Shown: one piece after another, positions 17,326 through 26,862 of the stretch
How the letters are laid out: each line of letters begins with the position of its first letter
Position numbering within the stretch: position 1 is the stretch's first letter
Source of the DNA: SAR86 cluster bacterium AG-313-N18
Lineage (GTDB): Bacteria > Pseudomonadota > Gammaproteobacteria > Magnimaribacterales > D2472
Assembly (NCBI GenBank): GCA_003283765.1
Contig: QBVY01000005.1
Location: 6,826-70,825, forward strand
DNA: 64,000 nucleotides
Reading direction: 5' to 3'
The notes under the pieces: generated by a model
What the model was told of the DNA's origin: nothing
Seen by the model: only the letters and a program-made list of their open reading frames with translations
The model's database searches: none
Translations under genes and position numbers: made by a program

Positions 17326-17802
17326 TTGTTGTTAGCAAAAAAACGTATTAATTATTTCATGATTGAGGCCATGAATATGGCTAAATTAGCATTTGATAAT
17401 AATGAGGTGCCGGTTGGCGCTATTGTTGTTCACAATGAAGAAATTATTGGCAGAGGCTTTAATCAAGTTATCTCAAAAAACTCCATTTCCTCTCACGCAG
17501 AAATCAATGCAATTAATCAGGCAAGTCAATTTATAAAAAATTATAGATTGAAGGGTTGTGATATCTATGTAACCCTTGAGCCTTGTCATATGTGTGCGAA
17601 AGCAATAGTGGATGCCAGAATGGATTCTCTTTATTTTGGTGCATATGAGCCAAAGACAGGAGCAATTGAATCAATTGATAAATTTCTAGATAAAGACTAT
17701 CTTAATCATAAAGTGCTTTTTAGTGGAGGGCATTTGCAAGAGCAATCCTCAGATATGCTTAGAAAATTTTTTCAATCTAAAAGAAAAAAGAAAATTTCTT
17801 AA
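17326..17802 (+). CDS. tadA: tRNA adenosine(34) deaminase
   Basis: 'EVPVGAIVV', zinc ligands 'HAEINAI' and 'PCHMCAKAI'. The track start is TTG at 17326; an ATG at 17359 is equally possible. Confidence 0.85.
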   Translation: MLLAKKRINYFMIEAMNMAKLAFDNNEVPVGAIVVHNEEIIGRGFNQVISKNSISSHAEINAINQASQFIKNYRLKGCDIYVTLEPCHMCAKAIVDARMDSLYFGAYEPKTGAIESIDKFLDKDYLNHKVLFSGGHLQEQSSDMLRKFFQSKRKKKIS

Positions 17803-17808
17803 AAAAAT

Positions 17809-18618
17809 TTATTTTAATTCTAGCCAAATTGGGCAATGATCTGATGGTTTTTCCATTGCTCTAGCAGAGTAGTCTATTCCAGTATCAAGGATTGCATGCT
17901 CTATATTGTCTGATAATAGTATGTGATCGATTCTCAATCCTCTTTTAGGATCATCATCAAACATCCTTGAGCGATAATCAAACCAAGAATAAATCGATCC
18001 CTCCATAGGATTTTGCTTTCTCCAAGAATCTACAAAACCTAAGTTTTTAATTTTATTCCACATTTCTATTTCTTCTGGAAGAAATGCTGTTTTTCCATCG
18101 CGTAACCATCTTTTTATATTTTGTTCACCAATTCCAATGTCTAATTTTGTAGGAGCAACATTAAAGTCTCCCATTACAATCAAATTCTCTTCAACCTTTT
18201 TAAGCTTCTTGATGTGATTTTCTAAATCATCGTAAAATTTTATTTTTTTTGGAAATTTGGTTTCATGCGACCTGTTTTCTCCCTGAGGAAAATACCCATT
18301 CATGATAGTAATTTTTTTTCTTTTCCATTTAAAAGTAGCTTGTATGAATCTTTTTTGGTCATCCTCTGAATCATCTATAAAACCCTTTTGGACATTTTCA
18401 GGCTTTTTTTTACTTAGAATTGCCACCCCATAGTGGCCTTTTTGCCCCCAAAATTCTGGGTGGTACCCAATTTTTTTAATTTCATCAATCGGAAACTCAG
18501 GATCATTTACTTTAGTTTCCTGTATTCCAATTACATCAGGATCGATGGTATCTCTTAGATGAATAAGTTGGTGGGGGCGAGCTCTTATGCTGTTTATATT
18601 AAAAGAAACAATTTTCAT
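17809..18618 (-). CDS. xthA: Exodeoxyribonuclease III
   Basis: 'MKIVSFNINSIRARPHQL...DVIGIQETK' is nearly collinear with E. coli XthA. C-terminal 'SDHCPIW'. Confidence 0.9.
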   Translation of the reverse strand: MKIVSFNINSIRARPHQLIHLRDTIDPDVIGIQETKVNDPEFPIDEIKKIGYHPEFWGQKGHYGVAILSKKKPENVQKGFIDDSEDDQKRFIQATFKWKRKKITIMNGYFPQGENRSHETKFPKKIKFYDDLENHIKKLKKVEENLIVMGDFNVAPTKLDIGIGEQNIKRWLRDGKTAFLPEEIEMWNKIKNLGFVDSWRKQNPMEGSIYSWFDYRSRMFDDDPKRGLRIDHILLSDNIEHAILDTGIDYSARAMEKPSDHCPIWLELK

Positions 18619-18620
18619 AT

Positions 18621-20738
18621 TTATGCGGCTTTAGATAGGTAAATGTTTTGATTAAATATTGCGTAGTCTGAAAGTATTTGCATGCCTTCATTTAAAAGAT
18701 AGTCATCATCCACGTCTATCTCAGAATCCCTCTCATCATCTTCAGTTTCTTTGGCATCATTGTAATCCTTCATAGCTTTGTAAGAACTAAAAGTTTCTAA
18801 ATTAAGAGAGGCGCGTCTTTTGTTCTCTATATCTAAAGACCATGACTGTCTTTCTTCCTTTTCAACCCTTCTATTATTTAAGTTCAAGGAGATCACTTCT
18901 TTGTTTTTTTGGATCTCATATCTTTTTCTTATATCAAGGATGTATTGTAAATTAGGGTTTTGGTCTACTCTTGTTAAATGCTCATCATTTAATTTTGAAA
19001 TCAAAGTTGGCCTCATAGAAAATTTCTTGAAACGCACTGGTTTAATTTCATCCCATGGAAGAGCCCTATCGTATGAACTTTCACCAATTTCTTCAATATC
19101 CCATGTGCTTGGTAATGTAATATCGGGATGTATGCCTTTGCTTTGCATCCCAGCCCCAGTAATTCTATAAAACTTTGATTCAGTGATTTTGATTTGTCCC
19201 GAGCTTAAATTATCTAATTTTTGAACAGTCCCTTTACCAAATGTTTTTTGTCCGATGATTATCCCCCTTTGATAATCTTGAATAGCTCCTGCAAAAATTT
19301 CTGATGCGGATGCAGAATATCTATCTACCATAACTGCCATTGGTTTTTTCCAGATTTGCTTAGCTCGAGCGTCTCCCCAGGGTCTTACGCTGCCATTGCT
19401 CTCTTTGACTTGCAGTGTTGCTCCAGAGGAAACAAATAATCCAGTTAATTTATTTGCCTCAAAAAGTGAGCCACCGGAATTACCTCTGAGATCAATCAAA
19501 ACCGCATCAACTCTTTGATCGGTAAATTCTCTTAGTATGGTTTCAACATCTTTTGAGCTGCTTCTATAATCAGGATCTCTATTTCGCCATGCTTTGAAGT
19601 CTATATAAAAAGTGGGTAAATCTATTATGCCAACTTTTATTGTTTGAAAATTTCTTTGAATTTCAACTACCCTTGATTTTGCTGCTTGCTCCTCCAGTTT
19701 CACCTCTTCTCTTGTAATTGTTACAAATTTCCTTTCACTAAAATCCTCTGTTTTTCCTGGGATAAGCTCTAACTCGACTTGGGTGCCAGCTTTGCCACGA
19801 ATTAATTGAACCACTTCGTCTATTCTCCATCCCACTACATCAGTTGGAGTTGAATCGGATTCTTCAATTTGAGATATCTTTACTATTTTGTCATCTGGAT
19901 TAATTTTTCCTGTTTTTTCTGCTGGACCCCCAGGCACAACACTTACTATGGTTGGGTAATCATCTTCTGTTGTAAGTAAGGCCCCAATTCCCTCAAGCTT
20001 AAGACTCATTGTCATTTCAAAATCCTCAGCTGATTTAGGAGAGAAGTATGAGGAATGTGGATCAAAATAAGACGTCAAATTATTCATAGAAATTGAAAAG
20101 ATATCTTCCTCATTTCTTTGAGATATTCTACGGAGTCTATTTTTATATCTTTTCTCAATAGTTTCTGTTGCTTCGTCTAATTCTTTATCGGCAAGCATGG
20201 ATGTTAAAACATCATTTTTTGCTAGTCTTCTCCATATTTTTTTAAGCTCAAATATGCTCTTCTGCCATTTTTTTTGATCATCATCAATTAAGATGATTTC
20301 TTCTTTTGTAAAATTAAAATTCTTTTCAGAAACTTCTTTGAGTTGATAATTAGTTGCCTGAATTAACCGGTTAAAGTATAGATTGATAAATGCAAACTCA
20401 GACTTTAAATCTATAGAGCAAAGAGGGCTTTTTGAGAATTTCTTTTGATAGCTAGTTGGATCGTCAAATCGAGAAAATTTCCTTTTAAATGATGCCATTT
20501 CATTTTCTGTGAAATATATTTTCTGTGAATCTAGCTGATCCACCAATGCATCAAATATTTCAGCATTAATGGAGGTCAAGTCCTTATCATTAAAAAAATG
20601 TTCGTTGACCATCTTTTTATAAATTTCCTGGCACAGAACTTGTTTTTCCTCTGATACCGGTATATTTATTTTTGCCCCAACGCCAATGCTAAGCAACATT
20701 ATCGCTAAGAAGCTCAAAGCTTTTTTCTGTTTAAACAA
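18621..20738 (-). CDS. prc: Tail-specific (C-terminal processing) protease, S41 family
   Basis: Signal peptide, a PDZ region, 'DLRGNSGGS' and 'SASASEIFAGAIQDYQRGIIIGQKTFGKGTVQ'. 705 aa. Confidence 0.85.
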   Translation of the reverse strand: MFKQKKALSFLAIMLLSIGVGAKINIPVSEEKQVLCQEIYKKMVNEHFFNDKDLTSINAEIFDALVDQLDSQKIYFTENEMASFKRKFSRFDDPTSYQKKFSKSPLCSIDLKSEFAFINLYFNRLIQATNYQLKEVSEKNFNFTKEEIILIDDDQKKWQKSIFELKKIWRRLAKNDVLTSMLADKELDEATETIEKRYKNRLRRISQRNEEDIFSISMNNLTSYFDPHSSYFSPKSAEDFEMTMSLKLEGIGALLTTEDDYPTIVSVVPGGPAEKTGKINPDDKIVKISQIEESDSTPTDVVGWRIDEVVQLIRGKAGTQVELELIPGKTEDFSERKFVTITREEVKLEEQAAKSRVVEIQRNFQTIKVGIIDLPTFYIDFKAWRNRDPDYRSSSKDVETILREFTDQRVDAVLIDLRGNSGGSLFEANKLTGLFVSSGATLQVKESNGSVRPWGDARAKQIWKKPMAVMVDRYSASASEIFAGAIQDYQRGIIIGQKTFGKGTVQKLDNLSSGQIKITESKFYRITGAGMQSKGIHPDITLPSTWDIEEIGESSYDRALPWDEIKPVRFKKFSMRPTLISKLNDEHLTRVDQNPNLQYILDIRKRYEIQKNKEVISLNLNNRRVEKEERQSWSLDIENKRRASLNLETFSSYKAMKDYNDAKETEDDERDSEIDVDDDYLLNEGMQILSDYAIFNQNIYLSKAA

Positions 20739-20766
20739 GATAATTAATTTACAATATTTATTAATA

Positions 20767-21378
20767 ATGAAAGCTAACTATATAGAATTTTACTTTGACT
20801 GTTCAAGTCCCTGGACATATTTAGCCTTTGCCGAAATTGTATCATTATCACAAAGACATGAGCTAGATATAGACTGGAAGCCAGTGCTGGTTGGAGGAGT
20901 TTTTAATACCGTTAATCAAGACGTGTATGAGTTTAGAAAAAAGCCTAATCCTTTAAAGCTCAGCTACTCAAATGATGACTTACATTTATGGTCAAAGGTC
21001 AGAGGAATTAGCATTAGTTTTCCGGAAGTATTTCCAGTTAATTCCGTCAAGGCAATGCGAGGTTGTTTATTTGCAAACAAAGAAAATCAATTAGCTGAGT
21101 TTGCGGATAATGTATTTCAAGCTTATTGGAGTGAAGGCAAAGATATTAGTCAGGAAGACTTATTGGTTTGCATTGCTAAGAATTCAAACTTAGATACTGA
21201 AGAATTTAAAAAATTTATAGCTTCGCAGGAGGCCAAAGATCTATTGATCAAAAATACTGATGAATTAATTGAGCGAGGGGGTTTTGGTTCACCGACTTTT
21301 TTTTATAAAGAAAAAATGTTTTTTGGCAATGATCGCTTACATCTTTTAGAAGAAGTAATTTCAAAAAATTTAATTTAA
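20767..21378 (+). CDS. DsbA-family 2-hydroxychromene-2-carboxylate isomerase-like protein
   Basis: 'IEFYFDCSSPWTYLAF' N-terminus and 'GGFGSPTFF' near the C-terminus. I chose the ATG at 20767. The track start at 20686 would overlap prc by 53 nt. Confidence 0.7.
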   Translation: MKANYIEFYFDCSSPWTYLAFAEIVSLSQRHELDIDWKPVLVGGVFNTVNQDVYEFRKKPNPLKLSYSNDDLHLWSKVRGISISFPEVFPVNSVKAMRGCLFANKENQLAEFADNVFQAYWSEGKDISQEDLLVCIAKNSNLDTEEFKKFIASQEAKDLLIKNTDELIERGGFGSPTFFYKEKMFFGNDRLHLLEEVISKNLI

Positions 21379-22460
21379 ACCTGCGTTTTATATGCTTCTT
21401 CTCGAACAAGTTCTGGGCTACCAAGAATTTGACGATTTAATCCAATTCGCTTGAACCAGTAATGCAGGCCAAGCAAATCTGTAAAACCCATGCCACCATG
21501 AACCTCTATAGCTTTCTTCGCTATTCCTTTGCTCATTTCGGAGACGTGTGCTTTTGCATGACAAGCCATTAATCTAGCCTCATCAGGAGAATGGTCATGG
21601 CAATGCGCAGCGTGCCAAACTAATGCGTAGCAGGGCTCCAAGTCAGCAGCCATTTCTGCACACATATGCTTTACAGCCTGAAATGATCCTATTGCTCTGC
21701 CAAATTGTTTGCGCTCCTTAGCATAATCAACTGCCTTGTCTATCATGGTTTGTGAAGCGCCAAGAGAATCTGCAGCAAGCATAATCCTCCCAGCATCAAT
21801 TGCTTGATTGATTGGATTTATTGAATCAGATGAATGTTCTAGAAGTTCTGCTTCTAAGTTCTTGCAAATCACCTCTGTATATTGCCTGGTTTTATCAACT
21901 GTGGTTAGTTTGACTATTTCTAAGTCTGCAGATTTTGCATCTACAACAAATATCTGACCTTTTTCATCTGCAAGCAATAAATGCGTTGCGTCATTTGCAT
22001 CGAGCACAAACATAGCTCTTCCGTTCAATGTATTGTCTGAAAAAGTTATTCCAGCATCATTTCTTTTGCCAATGAATTCACTAAACCCAACTCCAAAACG
22101 ATTTTCATTAGAGGTAATTTTAGAAAGATAATTTTCTTGCTGGGTTTTACTACCTGCATGCTTAATAGCTGTTGGTGCCATAACATAGGGTGCAATAAAT
22201 GGAGTAGGGCCCGCTCCACCTCCCAAGGCTTCTGAAACAACAGCTGCAAAGAGCAAATCCAGACCTAGACCACCAAATTCTTCTGGAATCAATAGCCCAT
22301 TTATACCTAGATTAAGAAGGCCTTGATGAATCTCTGTAGAAAGATTTTTTTTATCACCACTAGTAATATGTTTAATATTATCTATGGTGGCATGTTCTTC
22401 TAGATACTTTTTTACATTGTCCTGAAAAAATGATTGTTCTTCTGATAAGCCAAAATACAT
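21375..22460 (-). CDS. Acyl-CoA dehydrogenase family protein, beta-type partner (lacks the C-terminal GGTSE/Q-IQ motif)
   Basis: ACAD fold ('FGRAIGSFQAVKH', 'EVHGGMGFTD'). It is short (361 aa) and ends '...RQILGSPELVREEAYK' instead of the GGTS.(I/V)Q..I motif. Starts 1 nt after the upstream ACAD. Confidence 0.7.
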   Translation of the reverse strand: MYFGLSEEQSFFQDNVKKYLEEHATIDNIKHITSGDKKNLSTEIHQGLLNLGINGLLIPEEFGGLGLDLLFAAVVSEALGGGAGPTPFIAPYVMAPTAIKHAGSKTQQENYLSKITSNENRFGVGFSEFIGKRNDAGITFSDNTLNGRAMFVLDANDATHLLLADEKGQIFVVDAKSADLEIVKLTTVDKTRQYTEVICKNLEAELLEHSSDSINPINQAIDAGRIMLAADSLGASQTMIDKAVDYAKERKQFGRAIGSFQAVKHMCAEMAADLEPCYALVWHAAHCHDHSPDEARLMACHAKAHVSEMSKGIAKKAIEVHGGMGFTDLLGLHYWFKRIGLNRQILGSPELVREEAYKTQV

Positions 22461-22461
22461 T

Positions 22462-23685
22462 TTATGCTCCTTCTACTTTTGGTTCTTTAGGCATGCCTAG
22501 ACCTCGCTCGGCAATGATATTCTTTTGAATTTGACTGGTTCCTCCACCGATAATGAGGCCGAGAAAATACATGTATATGAATTGCCATGTACCGTCATTT
22601 TTAAGATGCGGGCTATCTTCATACAAGGTTCCAATTTCACCCATGACATCAATGGCAAGGCCTTCTAATTCGTGCCTTAACTCTGTTCCAGTGAGTTTTT
22701 GTATCATTTTGCCTAACTTGACATCAGCTCCTGGATTTAACTTAGCTGATAAAAGTCTTAAGGCGTGAGATTGTTGGGCTAAAACTTTGCCTTGAATTTG
22801 CATTAATCGATCTCGGTAAATTGGATGCTCAATTAATGGCTTTCCATCCAACGTTTCTTCTTTCATTAAATGCATCAGCATATTTACTCTATTCATGGTT
22901 GCATCTGGTGGAGCCAAGGAACCTCTTTCATGCCCTAAAGTTGCATTTGCAACTGCCCAGCCTTCACCTCTTTTGCCTACAATATTGCCTGCAGGAATTT
23001 TCACATCTGTAAAAAAGACTTCATTAAATCCAGCCTTCAAAGTCATATCAACAAGTGGTCTAATTTCAATACCTGAGCTATCCATTGGAATCAATAAGTA
23101 GCTTATTCCAGCATGTTTTGGTGCATCTGGTTCAGTTCTAACAAGACAAAAACACATTTGTGAGTATTGAGCGGTACTGGTCCATATTTTTTGACCATTA
23201 ATCACCCATTCATCTCCAACTAACTCCCCCTTAGTTTGTAAACTTGCCAGATCACTCCCCGCATTTGGCTCAGAGTAACCTTGGCACCAAATCATTTCTC
23301 CATGAAGTGTAGGTTTTATATAGGCTTGTTTTTGTTCCTCAGTACCCATCTCTAATAGGGTGGGAACCAGCATATCAATCCCTTGACCACCCATTGCTCC
23401 CGGAGTGTTAGATTTTGAAAATTCTGCAGCAATAATTCTGCTTTTGAGAATATCTGCTTCGCCGCCATATCCTCCATATTCTTTTGGAACTGAGCGAGCA
23501 AAATAGCCATTTTCAATTAAGGTTTTTTGCCATTCAGACCTAGACATTTGGGGGCCACCAGGACCTCCTGAACTTCCTAATGGATTATTAGAACCATCCT
23601 TAAAAGACAATCCTTTATATTTTTTACAAAAGCTTTCAACCTCTTTAGAGAAGTCTTGATATTCAGGCCCGTATTCTAAATCCAT
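22462..23685 (-). CDS. Acyl-CoA dehydrogenase (alpha-type)
   Basis: 'WCQGYSEPNAGSDLASLQTKG', 'NGQKIWTS' and C-terminal 'GGGTSQIQKNIIAERGLGMPKEP'. Confidence 0.85.
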   Translation of the reverse strand: MDLEYGPEYQDFSKEVESFCKKYKGLSFKDGSNNPLGSSGGPGGPQMSRSEWQKTLIENGYFARSVPKEYGGYGGEADILKSRIIAAEFSKSNTPGAMGGQGIDMLVPTLLEMGTEEQKQAYIKPTLHGEMIWCQGYSEPNAGSDLASLQTKGELVGDEWVINGQKIWTSTAQYSQMCFCLVRTEPDAPKHAGISYLLIPMDSSGIEIRPLVDMTLKAGFNEVFFTDVKIPAGNIVGKRGEGWAVANATLGHERGSLAPPDATMNRVNMLMHLMKEETLDGKPLIEHPIYRDRLMQIQGKVLAQQSHALRLLSAKLNPGADVKLGKMIQKLTGTELRHELEGLAIDVMGEIGTLYEDSPHLKNDGTWQFIYMYFLGLIIGGGTSQIQKNIIAERGLGMPKEPKVEGA

Positions 23686-23698
23686 AATTCTTCCTTAT

Positions 23699-24490
23699 TT
23701 ATTTCCAATTAGGTTTTCTTTTTTCTAAAAATGCAGCAATACCTTCCTTAGCATCATCACCTTCAAAGCATTTAGCAATTTGTTTTTGTAGATAAGGCAG
23801 AGCCTCATCAAATTCTAAAGCGTCTTGCTTCTCATATGCCTCTAGACCAAATTGCATAGTTCCTGGCGCCAGACTAGCTAACTCTTCAGCCAGTTCGGTA
23901 ACTCTTTTATCCAATTCATCAGCCGCTACAGATTCATTAATCAACCCCCATCTTTCAGCCTGATTGGCATTGATGGGCTGACCTCGCATAATAAAATCAA
24001 GTCCAGCTCTTTTAGGCATAACTCTGAACAATCCAGCCATGACCATAAAAGGCCATAAGCCTCTGTGTATCTCAGGTGCTGAAAACTTTGCAGTATCGAC
24101 TGCTATGGCATGTGTTGCATTGGTTAAAATCAACAAGGCTCCAGCTAAAACAGAGCCTTGAATTTTGCATATAGCTGGTTTGTGTAGTCTTCTAAGAGAG
24201 AAACTGATGTCATCTGCACCCTCTATTTTTGGGACATTAGAATCTTCTTTAGCAAGCCTTAGATCAGCTCCAGCGCAAAAAATATCTCCTTCCGCATCAA
24301 TAACAACAACCCTGATTTCTCTCTCTTGTTTCGCGTACGCTAAAGCATAATTCAGCTCATTCATCATCACATTATTTAATGCGTTTTTTCTCTCAGGTCG
24401 ATTTAATGTAATAGTTAAAATATTATTTTTAATACTTACTTTTGTTGCTTGAAAATTCAAACCCTCTAAAGATAATTTATCTACGCTCAT
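23699..24490 (-). CDS. Enoyl-CoA hydratase/isomerase (crotonase) family
   Basis: 'NRPERKNALN', 'FCAGADL' oxyanion-hole motif and a 'PEIHRGLWP' region. 263 aa. Confidence 0.85.
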   Translation of the reverse strand: MSVDKLSLEGLNFQATKVSIKNNILTITLNRPERKNALNNVMMNELNYALAYAKQEREIRVVVIDAEGDIFCAGADLRLAKEDSNVPKIEGADDISFSLRRLHKPAICKIQGSVLAGALLILTNATHAIAVDTAKFSAPEIHRGLWPFMVMAGLFRVMPKRAGLDFIMRGQPINANQAERWGLINESVAADELDKRVTELAEELASLAPGTMQFGLEAYEKQDALEFDEALPYLQKQIAKCFEGDDAKEGIAAFLEKRKPNWK

Positions 24491-26262
24491 ATGTTTTCCT
24501 CAAATAAAGATTTAGGGATATCTGCATACTTAGCTCTTAAGTATTCCCCGAGAGATTTAGCTTGGCCATCTTTTCTGGTATTAGAAGAAACTCCATCTTC
24601 TAATATGTCATGGATGTAAAAATTTAGTGAAAGTATGTTTGGAAGCTCATACCTATCTATTTCAAATTCCCTTATGTCAGGCATCAATTCTTTGATTTTT
24701 TCGACAGTTAGATAATTATTTAAAAAAGAGAATGCATTTTCATTTTTTGCCCATACACCGATGTTCGCACAACCGCCTTTATCACCAGATCTAGCACCAA
24801 AAAGCTCTCCTAATGGTTTGTTGAGAGTTTGACCCGATGGTGGAGGAGGTATTTCAATTGGTTTTTTTTGATAATAGGTTTCTTCTAAATCGAGTTGATT
24901 AGTTGGCTTTACATTAATTTCTTTGCCGTCTATGTGAACAGTCTCTTCAATGTGTTTGCTATCTATCAAAGCAGGCCAATAGACTAAGACCGGTCCTCCA
25001 GATCTTACTCCTCCTCCAGTAAAAAATCCTGGATAATTGGCTAAAGCCAGCTCTATCATTTTTGCTGTAAACATTCTGCCAACTAAATCAGGATCTTTTG
25101 ATTTGACCGAAATTCTAAGAGAGGCCATTGCCTCTTCATTAGAATTGGGATCTTTTTTGTCGGTTCTATCTAATAAAATTGAAACCTCATCAAATTGCTC
25201 TTTGCCTCCAACAGAGTGAAATAGTGCATCACTAATAATTTGAGCTTTTTCTTCAATATCTATGCCTGTAAGAATAAACTCCATACCATTTCTATAACCA
25301 CCAGCAAGATTAATACAGACTTTGTGAGTATTAGTTGGTGAGCTTCCCCTGCAACCTGATACATAAACTCTGTCTTTGGAGACTTCCTCAATATTCAAGG
25401 TATCAAAATGAGCTATAACATCTGGATTTAAGTATGCGGGAGCGCTAATTTCATACAGAAGCTGTGCTGTTACAGTTCCGGTAGATACTAAACCCCCAGT
25501 GCCTGGATGTTTAGTAATGTAGAAACTTCCATCGTTTTTGATTTCAGCTATTGGATAGCCCACATTGTCAAAGCTGGGCACCTCTTTAAAAAAAGAATAG
25601 TTCCCACCGGTTGCTTGGCAACCACATTCTATGATGTGACCGGCTGCTAATGCGCCAGCCAATGCATCATAATCATCTCTCTTCCAATTAAATTTCCATG
25701 CTGCTGGACCAATGACTACTGCAGCATCCGTCACCCTTGGGCATACTACAATATCAGCTCCCTCATCTAATGCCTCTTTAATTCCCCAGGCCCCAAGATA
25801 AGCATTTGCTGTGAGAGTTTGACATCCTGATTTGTCAATCGGGATATTTTTATCAATGTTAATAAATAATTCTCCTTCATTTTTTAAGGAGTCCATTCTT
25901 GGCATTAAATCGTCGCCAGTTATGTAAGCTACTTTGAGGGAAATATTGAGCTCATTTAAGATTTTCTCTATTTCATTAGCCATAGAAGAGGGGTTCAAGC
26001 CACCCGCATTTGTAACAATTTTAATATTTTGCTCTTTGCATGACTTAGCTACTGCTTTCACTTGTTTAAGAAAAGTACCAACGTATCCTTTATCCTCTCC
26101 GCGCTGCATCTTTTGATTAAAAAGAATTGTCATGGTGAGTTCTGCTAAATAGTCTCCAGTCAGAACATCTATAGGCCCTCCATCCACCATTTCTTTAGCT
26201 GCAGATAATTTATCTCCGTAATAGCCGCTACAATTCGCAATCCTTATAATTTCTTCGCTCAA
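24487..26262 (-). CDS. AtuA-like acyclic terpene utilisation family protein (DUF1446)
   Basis: 'IRIANCSGYYGDKLSAAKEMVDGGPIDVLTGDYLAELTM' N-terminus. The ~590-aa length matches AtuA-type proteins. Flanked by carboxylase, hydratase and ACAD genes, as in atu clusters. Confidence 0.75.
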   Translation of the reverse strand: MSEEIIRIANCSGYYGDKLSAAKEMVDGGPIDVLTGDYLAELTMTILFNQKMQRGEDKGYVGTFLKQVKAVAKSCKEQNIKIVTNAGGLNPSSMANEIEKILNELNISLKVAYITGDDLMPRMDSLKNEGELFINIDKNIPIDKSGCQTLTANAYLGAWGIKEALDEGADIVVCPRVTDAAVVIGPAAWKFNWKRDDYDALAGALAAGHIIECGCQATGGNYSFFKEVPSFDNVGYPIAEIKNDGSFYITKHPGTGGLVSTGTVTAQLLYEISAPAYLNPDVIAHFDTLNIEEVSKDRVYVSGCRGSSPTNTHKVCINLAGGYRNGMEFILTGIDIEEKAQIISDALFHSVGGKEQFDEVSILLDRTDKKDPNSNEEAMASLRISVKSKDPDLVGRMFTAKMIELALANYPGFFTGGGVRSGGPVLVYWPALIDSKHIEETVHIDGKEINVKPTNQLDLEETYYQKKPIEIPPPPSGQTLNKPLGELFGARSGDKGGCANIGVWAKNENAFSFLNNYLTVEKIKELMPDIREFEIDRYELPNILSLNFYIHDILEDGVSSNTRKDGQAKSLGEYLRAKYADIPKSLFEENI

Positions 26263-26861
26263 GATTTCTCCATTTTTATGCCATCAATAATAATTTTTGT
26301 TAAAAAGTTACTAGTTTGTTCAGGAGTTTTTTGTAAAACTTTTAAGAGTTTCTTAGATTGAAAATATCTACCAAGGCCTCCTAATAGTAATGCAGTTGCC
26401 TGAGTATCAATTTCCTTGATCTCATTTTTAATTCTCGCTTCATCTAAAAGATTTTTTATTAGGTCAGTTATGTATTGCTCATGATAATCCACCATCGGCT
26501 TAGACGAATTTAAACTACTAAGAGATAGTGTGAATCTTTCAAATCTTGGCCCAACTGCTTGATTGGCAACAGTTAAAAAACTTTCTAATTTTTTAATTGG
26601 AGATGAATGAGTGTTCATTGCATCCATAGCAATCTTACCGTGTTTTTTTAATACTCTATCAACTGTTGTCACTATAAGCTCCTCTTTGCTCGGTGCAATT
26701 TCGTATAGAGTTCTTAATGAAATTTTCAATTTTTTTGCAAGATCAGACATTGTTGAAAATGACTTTCCTTGATCAAGCATACTTTCTAGCTCATCCATCA
26801 CTTCAAGATGGCGCTTTCCAATTTGAGGAGACTTGCTTGAAAGGATGGCTTGAGATTTCAT
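26259..26861 (-). CDS. TetR-family transcriptional regulator embedded in the operon
   Basis: HTH 'FSTMSDLAKKLKISLRTLYEIAPSKEELI'. I chose the ATG at 26861 (residue 17 of the track ORF), which lies 1 nt after the carboxylase alpha stop (TAG, 26863-26865). Its 3' end overlaps the AtuA-like start by 4 nt. Confidence 0.75.
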   Translation of the reverse strand: MKSQAILSSKSPQIGKRHLEVMDELESMLDQGKSFSTMSDLAKKLKISLRTLYEIAPSKEELIVTTVDRVLKKHGKIAMDAMNTHSSPIKKLESFLTVANQAVGPRFERFTLSLSSLNSSKPMVDYHEQYITDLIKNLLDEARIKNEIKEIDTQATALLLGGLGRYFQSKKLLKVLQKTPEQTSNFLTKIIIDGIKMEKS

Positions 26862-26862
26862 G

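Noticed and set aside
20686-20766. The 27-codon N-terminal extension of the DsbA-like ORF, which overlaps the prc start by 53 nt.
   Set aside because: The extension is hydrophobic/low-complexity. The family-typical N-terminus ('..IEFYFD.SSPW.Y') begins right after the ATG at 20767. The same reasoning was applied to the TetR gene (start moved to 26861), nadK (40811) and leuB (59800).
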